A stretch of DNA of 64,000 nt from Dudresnaya verticillata. Lineage: Eukaryota. Below, one piece after another: positions 49,601 through 62,500 of this stretch. Within the stretch, counting starts at the first letter, position 1. Every line of letters begins with the position of its first letter. The DNA is taken from positions 2,356,001 through 2,420,000 of the forward strand of contig OZ374563.1 of NCBI GenBank assembly GCA_977862235.1, in the 5' to 3' direction. The notes beneath the pieces were generated by a model, which saw nothing but the letters and a program-made list of their open reading frames with translations, had not been told where the DNA came from and ran no database searches. Both the position numbers and the translations under genes were made by a program.

Positions 49601-50003
49601 TGGTGGAGCCATTAGAAGTCGGTTCTTGGTCTCTGAATTCTTCTACGGCTTCAAAGCCTTTTGCGTCGGCTCCACAGTCGACGTGTGTCGACGAGCGCGA
49701 CCTGAGAAATCCTTCTAAGGCACGGAGGCGTTATGACTGTCGGCATGAAAGCCCCCTGCGGGTGGCGAGCGCTACCTGAATCTCCTACGGCTTCAAAGCC
49801 GTCTCGAATACTGACCGTCGGCTCCAAAGCCGATCCGCATAAACGACGAGCGCGACCTGAGACCTTCTGAAAACTTCGTGCAACACCCCGCCAACAGCGC
49901 TGGCTGACACGACTCGGCCCCGCCGAAAACAGAAACCACGCGACGTAGTCGGAACAGGCCGCGAAAGGTGTGCTGGAATAAAGCGCACGGCAGACGCCGT
50001 AGG

Positions 50004-51576
50004 TGTGGTGCAACGCCCGGGCTCCCCACAGAGCGGGTTGATAGCCCCTTTTTGGCGCGCGCAATCACGTGTCTCCGCGACGCACACCGCCTGGTTGGGC
50101 TCACCCATTGGCCAGTGGTCAACCACCGTAGCGGGCCCGCCTCCGCATCTGGGGCTTTCCCCCGCCGTCGCCTTTACAGGGCCGCACTCGCCGCCTTACA
50201 GCCACCGCCACGCAAGCGCGCGCAAGACACGCGCAACACGTGTGATACGTGCACACGCGCACACGCACGCGTCATTACAAGTCTTACAGCGTGCTGGTGT
50301 CGGTGAAGAGTAGGTACACTGTGCTACTGCAGTGTTAGTTTATTGTACTCTAGTGTTAGTTTACTTGATAGTGTACAGTAGCCCTAGTCGCCACCGCCGC
50401 GGCGCCGCCGCCGGCGGTGGGACTTAAGGGGCTAGGACCGACCTCCTACAGTAAACCCAACCAAGATTCGGCTCCACATTTAGGGTACCGCCTACCTCCG
50501 TGCGCTTGGCGAGTGAAGCCATCGCGGAGCTGGGTGGTATCTCTAAAGCACCACCGCGTACGGCGGCCAGACGAGACCCCAAGACATCCCAGAAGACCTG
50601 TCGGATTTCGTAGAAACTGGCCAGACCGTAGAACGGACCTGCGCGCCGGTAGCAGGCGTGGTAGAGCGGGAGCGCGCATACGAAGTCGTGACCAAAATCT
50701 GTGATGAGGACAGAAAATGGCCTAGTCGGGGGTTCAGATGCTAACTTTACTCCCAGCCTTTGGCGGGACGGCTTCGTACCTGTGGTGGCTGAGCCGAGGT
50801 GTGTGACCGTCTAAGTAGACCCAAAATCGGCCATCTGAGCTAATCTAAGGCTATTCTACAGTTAGTGGCCGAGGTTACTCACCATGGCCCAAAACATCTT
50901 CTCGAATCCTGGCTTCGGGCCAATATTAGAGCCCTACCCAATTAAATCGAGTACTTGTCAGTTGATCAGTGGTCGTATTAGTTAGATTTCCCATTGATCT
51001 TTCCGTGCTTGATTCCTTGATATGGTATTGCGGCCAAATCCTTTTCGGTAATCCGATCTCGTTTCGATCCCGATTGGCGTATCCAGATTGTTCCAATCGT
51101 CCAGATATGATAATTCTTCTTTGCGCTGGTCACGTGGTTGACACGTACACGCGTGTGCCCCACGTGTCTTGCGTGTGGCTCCTTGCCGGCGTCCACCGCC
51201 GTCCGCGCGGCCCTACAGTAGTGACTTGGGCCAAGTGTCTTCTGTGAGTTGGCCAATTCGGGTGCGTGGCCCAGTCTACAGGCCTGTTTTCGGAGGCCCC
51301 TTGCCGTTGCACCACACTGGGCTACGTACGCCTGTGGTGCTGGCACCTTTTCTACCTTCGTGTTCAGACGCTTCTGGTGTGCCGGTGCCCTCGTCTTCCG
51401 GCTCACTGCGTGCTCACACGGGCTTTGGTATGTGTTTACAGTCCGCACACTGGGGCCTTCCCCTTGCTCTACCCTACCACGCACCGACGCGTTCACACGC
51501 GTCACCGCGGCTACGCTCCCGCATCGGACTCGTGGGTTGTGTTGGTTGCGACCCTCATTCGGAGGGTTGCACTGCA
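50004..51576 (+). mobile_element. Solo LTR (~790 bp net) in the element 4 3' region, TSD GTAGG, carrying a nested LTR
   Basis: GTAGG at 49999-50003 and 51577-51581. Termini TGTGGTGCAA / TTGCACTGCA. Confidence 0.82.
50535..51316 (-). mobile_element. Solo LTR nested antisense, TSD CTGGG
   Basis: Inverted homolog of 34500-35220. CTGGG at 50530-50534 and 51317-51321. Confidence 0.78.
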
Positions 51577-52163
51577 GTAGGGAAGGTCAAGACGATGGTT
51601 AAGAACCGCCGGCCGGGGTCGCCAGGAAACGCACGGACAAAAGCCCATGGAGAATCGCGTTAGCGCGTCGGCACCGCCGAGAGGCGGACTGTGTAACTGC
51701 GAGAGCCTGCGGAGGATGCAACAAGTCGGCGCGTCACGGGGGAAGACGGAACGCGTTAGAGGCTGATGGCGATACCGAGTGAAGGCACGTCCCCGTCGAC
51801 TACAAATTGAAGGTGAAATAGGCGTTTGGTCGCAAGCGCTTCGCGAGAACCGATCCCAGTCGCGCAACAGCGCCCGCAGCCGACGGCTCTCCCCACGTCT
51901 CTCACGCCGTCGCACACTGCCCAGTATCGAGACAAGGCGCGGTGGCGTTTCGCAAACACCAGTCGGCCGGGCCAATAAACATACGGAGATTGAAATCTCA
52001 ACGGTCACCGAAATTGGAAACAGCGTTGCTGTCCCACTGTACTGAGCGCGGTCGCTCAGTTTTAAGAAGCGGGCCGTGTGGCACAGCGGGAGTTGACGAT
52101 TTGTAAGGATCCACGCGGACACGAGTCCTCTGTAAGGAATGGCAGGCGCACAACCGCCCGGGT

Positions 52164-53350
52164 TGTAAGGAAGTACCTTTTAGGTGTCTTGTGAACTCAA
52201 AGAGTGCACTCAATGAGAAACCCACAGAGCGGGTACCTGGTAGCGGGGGTAGAGCGGGAGGAACCCAGAGGGTAGGCGAGGGCAGGTAACCTGATTGGAA
52301 GCACGATACTGAAGGCAGTTCACTGGGCGGGCGGTTAACCGGGCACGGGTGACAAGTGTGCTGCGGTGCCGATAGCTTGGAGACGTAGTTGGGGCCGGAA
52401 GGTGCTTGCCTTTACTGTACAGTGACCGCTACGGGAGATACCCTTATATGGTACTCCGACATTAGGCAGCACCCCTCATACTGGGGTATATACACGCCTC
52501 CTATCCTAAGCTTTAATTTCTAAAATAAATAGACAGATACTAAGCTACTGACCTACAGGGTGACACTTGGACCAATCATAGGCTACCCGTCCGTGGAATA
52601 ATGAGCGCCCGAGCGCTGTAAGCACACACGTGTACAGACGACGCCTGTAAGGCGTGAGGCGCCCGAGGGTGCGATGGTTGAGATGGCCGACTCCCATTGG
52701 TTGATTAATCATGGTCACCCATATTTTTGGCATTGCGCGCCAGACAGCCAGCGCGCCTGTACGTATTTTTGGCATTGCGCGCCAGACAGCAGCGCGCCCC
52801 TACCTCGTAGTGGTACTACCACTCATTCCTATCATTGGATTGTACTCCACCATTAGTGTACGGTATTAGGTAACTGTCAGTATTATAACTCTAACTTAGA
52901 GTGGGTAGCATTTCCGGCTTCCCGCCGTATTTATTGGGCCCCTGAGTAGCAGGGGCCCCGCACTAAACCGGCAGCGGTGTGTACTTTGGGCTGTACCCTT
53001 TTTCTGGTCTTCCTGCGGTGCCACCGTTGTTCCCTTGCCTTGGGAGTCTACAAGCCCTATCGTGTACAACGATTGCTCTACGCTGTAGGGTTCGCCTTCC
53101 CTTTTCTTTGTTTCTGGGTATTACACCCACTACAAGTCTCTATCACACCCCTTTTCCCTTTTCCTTTGAGCTACTGCCCACCATGAGTGTTTTCCCCGGG
53201 ACAGCTGTCGCGCCGGTTTATCGCCGACTACCTGGCCGAGGGCCATTCTACTACACCGTGTTGTCCCTGCTGGCGCCCTATAGGTAACGCTATTTCAGCG
53301 CATACACGCGGGCAGAGGGCCCACTTCTGTAAGCCCTTCACTGTATTACA
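52164..53350 (-). mobile_element. Solo LTR (~518 bp net), TSD CGGGT
   Basis: CGGGT at 52159-52163 and 53351-53355. TGTAA...TTACA termini. Confidence 0.72.
52592..53255 (+). mobile_element. Solo LTR nested in the previous LTR, imperfect TSD CCGTC/CCGTG
   Basis: Inverted homolog of 15091-15712. Internal duplication of TATTTTTGGCATTGCGCGCCAGACAGC. Confidence 0.82.
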
Positions 53351-54559
53351 CGGGTGATATGGCTGGCTTACAGATTGATTTAATTGGTGAAGCGCTCCTG
53401 CGCTGTAAGGCAACACGTGTACAGCTTTAATATGTAAGGCGCACGGCTCCAGGTGGTATGGCACTATGCCATTCGGCGATTAACTATGACCGCAACATCG
53501 CACCAGGCGCATTGCTGGCGGATGTTTGCACCGCGGCGCCTGACAATGACGCCATGCTCGCCTCGTGGCCTGACCACTCATTCCTATCTAAGGGCATATA
53601 ATAACTGTACTGTACAATATTAGCTATTTATTAGCAGTAGAGTTTTAACTGAGCGAGTAGCACCTTTTCGGCTCTCGCCGTATTTATTGGCCCCCTGAGT
53701 AACAGGGGCCCGGCAATAAATCGGCAGCGGTCTGTGCCTTGGGTTATCCCCTTTTTGGATACTTGCGGTGCTACCGCTACAAACAACCTTGGGCGTCTAC
53801 AAGCCCCGTCGTCTACGACGAACTGCTCTACACAGCTGGGTTCGCCTTCGGTGTGAGTATCTTCTAAGACAGCTGTCTTGTTGTGTTGTTGTCCTCTTTG
53901 ACTTAGAAGTCATTCTACTACAGGTGGCGCCGCTCCTTTTTCTCGTCCTTTAGGCTCGCGTGCCTTTTTCCCATTTCCCCCTAAGTCTCTACCACCCGCA
54001 TTCTGAGCTACCCTTGTTAGGGAGTGTGCGCCGGCACGAAAGCTTTCCTTGCCGATTAGCGGGCTACTGGCACGTCGCGAGATGCTACTACACCATGGTG
54101 GAATCGGTCCTGTTGGTCCCAATCGACGAAAAGAATTTGCGCAGCATTCGCATTGGCTGGCATACTACTCTACAAAATGTACAGACCCACAAAAAGTATT
54201 AAAACACTACTAATACACCGTTACAGTTGATGCGTCCCACTGCTGTACAGAAATGCACGCCGGCACAAAGAAATACGAACAACAGAGATACGGGTACACG
54301 TTGCCAGATCACCATCGTGGCAACACGCCAGCTTGGGGTTCACCCCGCTTCCGTGGACCTTCAAGCTATGCTACAGATAGAATGAGCTTCACAGCAAGGC
54401 GTTTGTCACCAACAGTTGTAATTGAGGGCGGCAGGTTCCATAACCAATTTCTGAGACGAGAGCGCGTGTCGAGAATGTCTTGCAGGTTGTCAAAGTTGGA
54501 CAGCTAAAGAGATTGTGTCTTTATGAGGCCTTGGCACGTAAGAATACAAACTCTAGGTG

Positions 54560-54735
54560 GACGAGGGTGGCGTTGTCCGCTTCTCCTTTCCTGTAGGCTC
54601 GTATTCCTGCTTCCCCAGTTTTAAGTCTCTACCAAATTTCTTTTTGATCTACCCAAGCTTGGGTGTGTGACCCGTCGAGGCTGCTGTCCTTGGCGATTTG
54701 GGCATTGTTCCGGCTCGATGCGCCATACTACTGCA
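54560..54735 (+). repeat. LTR 3'-end fragment; left end approximate
   Basis: AAGTCTCTACC...GGGTGTGTG...GCGCCATACTACTGCA resembles the ends of LTRs 13655-15780 and 52077-54092. Confidence 0.6.
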
Positions 54736-56662
54736 TATTGCTGGCGAGTTCACATGGGTTTTGACTAGAAGCAAGTACGAATGTCTCTGGGTTTAGCTAG
54801 TAAATGATTGCAAACATTAGAGCGTTACTAGAGAGGAGATTGGGCTCTTCTGGAGATTTGTCTTGTTGTGCGCTGTAGATAGGCAAGTCTGTGTGCGACT
54901 TTTTACAAGGAAGCGATGTAATATCGGTGTAGCGTGTTGAGGGTTGGTTGAGGTTGGCTGGGACCGTCTCCGTCGTCGTTGGATGCATGCTATTCAAACT
55001 GATACTGTAGCATTCGCCAAGCTGACTAATAAAAGCGGCAGGATAGTACAACAAAGGGCTGGACTCCGACCGCCGAGTGCAATTCTTGTTTGCTTAACGA
55101 GAATGAGATTTAAACAGTGGACATGTCCTGGGAGGACGACTGTCTTTTTCTCTTAAAAGAATGACTATATGGATGGCCAATACGAGGAAGTACGCGGCAA
55201 GAGAATGTGAGACACATGTGTATGTATCGGCATAAGGGTCGCGCATGGGTCGCGCTTTGCTCGCACAGGTCGCGCACTTGAGCGTGTTTTCGATAAGACT
55301 AGAAGAAGCTCTTCTGTAATACAAGTGATGCAATTTACAACGAGTTGCAGACTGCAACCTGCAGTCCTTTGGTCGGGTTTGCGGTATTTATACGTCCTTG
55401 TTGAGCAGGCTACCGCATGCCCAATGTCTATATTAGAGGACAACTTTTATTTTAATGTAAAAAGCAACCCTGGGAAAGGGTCTAACTACCAAGACACATT
55501 GCAGAGTTGATATTATGTTGTTCTGAACAGCAGTACAAGCGTGTCTGTGTCTTGGCGTATTACACAACTACAATGCTTGTGTACTATGACAGTTTGTCTA
55601 CAAGTTGAGTTGTTGTAAAGTGTCACAACAATCCGCTATTCAAAAGCAGGCACGGGCTTTGAGACCAGTAATATCGCAACGGTATGGTTTTCAGCAATAA
55701 AGTCAAGGCTGGGGTGAGCTGATATACAGTATTGAACGCACACTGTTAGGCCGATTATTGACTGGAAATATTATAAGCCGTTCCTCCGATGGCCAAACAC
55801 TGTTGGGGGACCGGAAGCGGAAGCCACTGTTATTACGGTTCAGTATGCAGAGAGTAGCGTACTGTAGGAGCAATCAGATTCAAGAGGGTTATTATGTTTT
55901 TAATTTTACTCTGCTACTGTACTACAGTATCTACCGAAATAAAAGTGCTGGCACTACAGTACGGGGACGATTGCACGGCCCTGGGCCGTGGCACCCAGGG
56001 TGCGGCGGGTGTCAATCAACTATACTCAGCCAATAAACGGTGAGTATACTCACCAATTTACCGGGCCACGGGGATCCACGGCGCATATACTCACGCACTG
56101 ATTGGCTGTAGGATACTGTAGAGTTCTTCACCATCCCACCAATCGCATCATTCTATACTCACGGATTCTTACTTGGCAATAGCAGATAGGGTGCCGCTCC
56201 ATATTCAATCAACACCACACCCGGCGCCGGGTGTGGCGGGTGTACACAGCCGGGATGAGTATACTCGAACCGTGCGGCGCAGCGTAACGCGTGACGAGCT
56301 GACTCTGTAATGAAGACCGACCGACCGCCGCCGACATCGCGCCAAAATTTGGATCCAGGATCAACATCTTTGATCCGTCGACGGGCAGGCCCCGTCGTTC
56401 GTCGACAAGCTGGCCCCGTCGACCGTCGGCGGCCTTATTTGCAGTGGCTCACCCGCCGCGCACCCGCCCGCCCGTTGTGCCACACCCCTCCATCAGCCTG
56501 CCCACCACTCTCACCGAGCGCGCACACCCCGTCATCGCGCTCACGTGGGTTCCCATCGCGCGCCCTCCATCCACCCGCCCACCGCTCTCACCGAGCGCGC
56601 CCACAGCGCACACCCCGTCATCGCGCTGACCCATCGATCACCCTTTCCCTCCCTTCGTCACC

Positions 56663-59095
56663 ATGCAACCTAACTTTCCTTTCAGTCACAACCACAATGC
56701 CGGCTCCGGCATCCCGCTCAACCCTCAGGGCATACCACAGTATGTTCCAGCTTCTGTTGCTCAAGGGGCACAATAAGGTGCCCAGATTCCGCTTGGCAGT
56801 GCTTTTCCGCTGCACGCTACCGCTGCTGTCCACGTTCCGCAGATGCAAGGCATTCCGATGCAAACAAGCGCAAGCCCAGGTATACAAGTTCAAGGGCCCT
56901 CTACTGCACACTATAAAGTCAGCGGTAACATTCCGCAGTTCACGCAGCAGCCGCAGAACATTCCGCAGTTCTCGCAGCAGCAGAACGTTCCTTATCTCGG
57001 GCTTGGTTCTATGCACGCTCCAGGGTTTGCAGGTGCAGGCTTACAAGGTGTAATCCTCCCGCAAGTCAGCACGGGATCATCACTACCGATGCCATTGCAA
57101 GGAATCACGAGCGGAACCCATACGCTAGTGAACAATGCCGATCTGTCGGCGATTGTTGCACGCTTGGGCGCAGGCTCTGGCGCTGCTGGCGCTGCTGGCG
57201 CCGCTGCTGGCGCCGCGGGCGCCGCCATCGCCCCGGGCGCCCCGGGCGCCGCCCCGGGCGCTGCTGCCCCGCCTGCTGCAGCTGCGGTGTCCCCAATGCC
57301 AGCAGCAGCATCTTCACGGATTGGAGATACGAACGCGGCAGGTGCTCAGCTCTTTGCAAACAATGCTCACCAGTCGATGGATAACAAGAACGCGCGTTCC
57401 GGCGCCGCTGCTGTGGTTGACTACGAGTCGTTCCCCTTCCGTAATATGTTGGTTGTGGCAGCGGGCCGCATACAGAAACTGCAAGGTGATGATGGGCGTT
57501 TGCGCAATCTGTCCCATCACGAACGAGAGGTTGCCCGTCGCCGAGAGAGAGGTGCTCTAAAAGACGCGTCGCAGTTGCAGAAGGACTGCTTTCGTGATCA
57601 GATCATGGCCATCATTGCTTCTTACCCCCTTCTCGGGGATGGTAAGAGCGATCACGAGCCGGCCAAAGACATCATCGATGCTATGAATAACCTTTCTACG
57701 AATGGATTTCCGCGGTGGTGGATGGACTATCAGGAGCACTTCCTCAATACGGAGTCGTTCAGATGGAAGTTCAGCTGGGTTTACCAGCAGTATCGACTGG
57801 AGGCGCTGGACTGCCTCCGTCATGTTCGCTTTCTGCATTGGGCACGGAAGTGCATGGAGGAAAGTGAGACACAAGAAGAGCTTCACAAGCAGATCCGAGC
57901 TTCCCGATTGCAGCGTGAGAAGTTAATCGCGTTTGGTAATGCAGAGCAGACGCACAAGGCCATTGCACCGCTGACGCATGATCAGGCCATGGAGTATTTG
58001 GGGCTTCCAGGCCCAAACAAGATGCACAGAGACAACGCGGACTTGGGTGTTGGAAGTGGTGGTCGTGGCGGCGGGCGCGGATTTGGACGCGGCTTTGGAC
58101 GCGGAGGTGGGCACGGAGGTGGGCGCGGAGGTGGACGCGGAGGTGGACGCGGGGGTGGTTATGGTGGGCGAGGTGGCCACAGCGATGATCGAGGAGGAAA
58201 CTGGAATGATCATGGGAATGGCGGCTGGCTTGGGGGAGGGCGCGGACGTGGTTTCGGGCGAGAAGGAAATGCGCCCCCGCCTCGTGCTGATGGTCTCGTA
58301 CCATATCAAGGTCGTGGTGACCCTTTCCCGCTTTGGAATCGTCGCTTACCGTCTCCTCAGCCCGGAGAACGTCGCAGAAACAACCTTCCGCCGCACGTTA
58401 CACCTCCTGCAGCCCGGGCCGGCCAAGCGGCCGCAGCCCGCGCTTACCAAGCAGCTGCAGTCCGTGCTCTGGATGGAGGGGCAAGGGTCCTCGCCGGAGA
58501 AGGAGCAACCGCCCCTGCTGGGAAAGGTGCCGCCCCAGCTGCGCCCGCCCCAGCTGCGCCCGCCCCAGCTGCGTCCGCCCCAGCTGCGCCCACCCCAGCT
58601 GCTCCCGCCCCAGCTGCGCCCGCCCCAGCTGCTCCCGCCCCACCTGCGCCCGCCCCAAGTACTCCAGTCCCACAAGCTACCGCAGTCGGCGTTGTTCACA
58701 CCGCTCAAGCAAGTGTGCTTCAAGTTACTACTGGTATAGCTGCTCCCCTCGCTGCGGATACCGCTATCCCGCAATTGAGAATTGGTGATTGGACACCTCC
58801 ACCAGAGCTCGTCGCTGCTCTTCTTGCTGCAGCTGCTAAGGCCTCCCCTAAGGTTGGGGGCCCTGCCGCAGCGGCTGTGCCCGCGGTGCCAAGCTCTCAG
58901 TCTGCTCCAGAGGCTTCAAGAGATAATGCGCCGGCCACTGCCGCGCCTGCGCCTGACTCTGCGGTGGCCTCCTCTACACCGGCGCATCAAGGTGCTGCGG
59001 AACAGAGCGTAATTAAGGGCGCCGGGAGCGAGGCTGCTCAATCTGTGCCGGCACCTGTCGCACCGCACGAACATGCGCCGGCGGTTGCCGCGTAA
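56663..59095 (+). CDS. Large hypothetical protein (Q/P-rich N-terminus, helical core, RGG box, PAAPA repeats); probable MULE accessory gene, with a nonsense codon at 56774
   Basis: The 750-aa ORF from 56843 extends in frame to ATG 56663 across one TAA. 12-bp RGG repeats at ~58065-58160 and 15-bp GCCCCAGCTGCGCCC repeats at ~58531-58657. Confidence 0.6.
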
Positions 59096-59524
59096 TCGCG
59101 AGTTATCGCGCCGGCTGATGTCGCGCCAGTAAGCGATGAGATGGGGCGCGCGGATCCTATGGATGTCAACGAGCCATCGGCCCCGTAATCAATAGTCCCC
59201 TCAACCACGCCATCCAGTGGTACTGCTGGGCAGATGTAAGACTCTACCCGGAAGACGTCAGCGGCAGGGCCCGACGTGGGGCCTACAAGCGGTACAGGGA
59301 TTGAGAAAGAGGGTCACAACAACGGGGGCACTGAGGCCCCGGACCTGAGCCCCCTGGGGTTAAGACGCGTTCTCGCCGCACTAACTCGAAGCAGTAATCG
59401 CGAATGTAGTAGTACAAAACTCTGGAGTTATCAAATCTTTGCAAAGCTTATCATGATAAGTGAGAGGGCCATCGATGGATCGAGATGTAGATACCCATGG
59501 GTGCAGCCCATGCGCTACAGCGTA

Positions 59525-62500
59525 TTATTGTTTGTTACTAAATTGGGGTGCGTTGCCATTACCGTCATTACCACGCCTCCTTCGACGAGGAGGCTCCATG
59601 GAGGACCTGATGCGCTTCACGCCGCGCCCTCTAAGTCCAGAGACCAGGTTTGGATTTCGGACTTGGAAGTCTCCGTGGCCCCTAATTTCAATCTCCCTAA
59701 CCATCAAAGGTTGTAACCCAGCTCTCTGTGGTGCGCTGTAATGCATGGCAGCGGGCCGGCTTCCCCGAGGAGGGCGATTTCGCACTGTTTGTGACGAATG
59801 CAAGCCCACACGATTAGTATAGCTTGGGGACCTGCCCTCTCTCAACAGGTCTAGGCCATGTTGCAAGTATAGCATGAAGTCCCTAACCCTTTCCTCTCCT
59901 CCATTTGATGCCAATCGATGCATCTCTTTACAGAGGCTTGAAGCACCAGCCCAAGTTGCCTGAAGCGTAACCTCGGACTGTACAACTCGCTGCTGTCGTT
60001 GTACTTCATCCTCCGCCTCATCGGCACCTACGACTTGACGCCCAACTACCTGTACTCTCCTAGTACCACGGATGTTGTCACTGACTGCGTCGAGAGTTGC
60101 CCCAACTTCTGTGCTCAATCCGTTGTCCCTTCTCCAGTTGTCCAGCAGCACATTCCTTTCAGCTTGAATGTCATTCTGTGTGCGTTTTGAGTCGTCAAGG
60201 AACCAATACGAGTGAAATAGAAGTTCGATCGGCACTACGGATCCTATCAGTCTCGTAATAGACGGAACAAGAGCTCTGGTCTCGTCATAGACGGCGGCGA
60301 CCCTGACCATGTGCGGGCATGGGAATACCGCACTGTTTGAAAACCTGCAAGTACAGCTATATCTGTACCCAAGATCGTCACTGTCGAAGAAAACAACTTC
60401 GTAGCTGACGCTGTACGAAACAAGAGGATGGTCTTCTTCCATCGTGGAAAGGGCAGATGCAAGCTCCCCTACGTCATCAAAATCATTCACGGTATGGTCT
60501 TGCTGCGTGCTTGCTGGAGGACCTGTAACATTTCCGGGCGCTGCGGCTGCAACCGCAACGATCGGAGCGGTGCTACCCTCCACCTCCCCCCACTCTCGCC
60601 TTCCATGAAATCCTCCGCCTCCCCTACATCACCGACAGCTCTTGATCCGCGACCGAGTCTCCGGCTAATATCCATGAAAGCTGAATAGAAATGTGTTGAA
60701 GGCTGACTGCGTGTTTGTGAAGGCGGGGCAGGCGCGCTCGAAGGATTCGATACGTGACGTGTACGCCTGGAAAATGGCATGGTTGGGTTGGAAACATTGC
60801 GACGCCAACCAACACGGAAGACAGCCACGTCACATTCCCCAGTTGGCGATGTGCGACTGCCCGGTTGCATACCTATTTCAGTGAGATTCCTTCTCTCTGT
60901 GCAAGACTCTAACACAGTGAATTCCGTGGATTTGATCACGCTTAGTTTGTGGAACATGTCGCGGGCATACTTCGTGTATGTCTTACAAACGTTTGCTGCC
61001 GTCTCGCTCGACATTCCGCAAGTAGTTGAGAACTTCGCAGCATATGCAGGGGATCGCTTCTTAACCCTTTCATAAGCCCTCACATCCCTCCTCTTCGCCG
61101 TTACTCGGCGCGTAAGCAGTGGTACTATCTCCATTGCAACCTTCTTACCACGACTTCTCGGTACTCAGAGTTGGATGCCTCGGTATATCCGCTGCCCTGG
61201 AACAGAAACCGCGGATTGCAAGCACTCTTATTGTAACAATCGATAAGAGTGGATGCCTCGGTGTAGTAGAGGTAGTTGAACCACTTCGGATTTGGAATTC
61301 GATATGCCGTGAAATACTTCGCTTCGAACATCGATCTTCTCTCCAGGAACTTTTCCGTGGTAGAAGACCTTATGAGAACGAACAATTCCGCCGTCATCTC
61401 ATGGAATCTATTTGGCTTTCGCACGCATTGCAGATAGCACATCACGTTTCGTCTTTGGTTCTGGTTCAAGTGCCATTCGTCTAGGGTCACATAAGAAGAT
61501 CTGAGGACACTCCGGCAAGCAAGCATACACGAAGCACTCTGGTCCATTGCCACCATGGCCGGCATTACGACGTAGCAGTCCTTAAATTTTTGGAATAGCC
61601 AAGAAAAACTTTCTGTCGTCTCATCCGATAGAAAGCTCATCATGGCTGTAAACACTCTACCGCAGTTAGTACGACCATTTACTGTGACGAGGTTCATCAT
61701 AAATTCATTTCCTTTCGCTTTGCAATCGATGCATACTCCTGGCAGCACTCCAAAACAGTAGTAGTCAGCTTTCCACTCCGAGAAGCACCAAACGACGGCA
61801 TGAAGTGCCCCGTCTTCGTGCCATTGCAAAACTTGACAGTACCCCCGACATCCTCGTTACGGATATTCATGAGGTTCTGAACTAGCCGTTGAGCAGCCTC
61901 CTCTTTTGGAAGACCGTGAGTATTGTGACGCGCCAACTGTTTTAGAAGGACTCAACTGTCGCAAGAGAATCCGTACTTGCGTTCAAGAAAGCGAACTACG
62001 TCTGCAAACGCAACGAAGCTTTTGTTGTGCAACTCATCAGCTTCTCTGAATACATGCGATGGAAGTCGTTTGCGCAGATTGATAACTTCCGGGTCGTGGT
62101 TGTGAGGGTCAGGGGAAAAGGATATATAGTACTTGCGGCTTTTAGAGGTGATAACATCCCCTTCACCCTCTACAGCGCTTGTCACGAGGGCACTTGAAAT
62201 ACGAATGTGAAAGTTACAGTCTTCCGTAGGATATTCAAAGCTGGCCCTCAGTAGTGGTCCGTTCCCTGCACTAGTTCCCTTTCCGTACTCAGACCTGTTG
62301 ACGACCATGTCCAATCCGAAGCTCTCACATACATGGAGGATTCCAGTTCTGACATCTCCCCCAGTGGTATGCGAATGTATTTGATCCACAAACGATTGAA
62401 GGGTCATCTGCATGTCTGCAGTAGGGTTGTTAAGTGCCTCAAATCCCAGCACGTCTTTAAACTCGTCTTCACGCGGCGCACGAGAATCCCGTCCTGAACC

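Larger units (their letters stand above)
52077..54092 (+). repeat. 3' LTR of element 4 (~824 bp net) with two successively nested solo LTRs
   Basis: Preceded by PPT-like TTTAAGAAGCGGGCCG, homologous to element 1 TTTAGAGAGGGGGCCG (both follow TGGAAACAGCSTTGCT). Ends CTACTACA like the element 1 LTR. Confidence 0.75.

Noticed and set aside
34500..54092. Elements 3 and 4 as a single intact element
   Set aside because: The 5' LTR (34500) and 3' LTR (52077) are different families and the flanks CGCTG and CCATG do not match.
57978..58788. Alternative-frame ORFs with LRPPQ, ARPSC or WGGRS repeats
   Set aside because: By-products of the 15-bp repeat in the main + frame.
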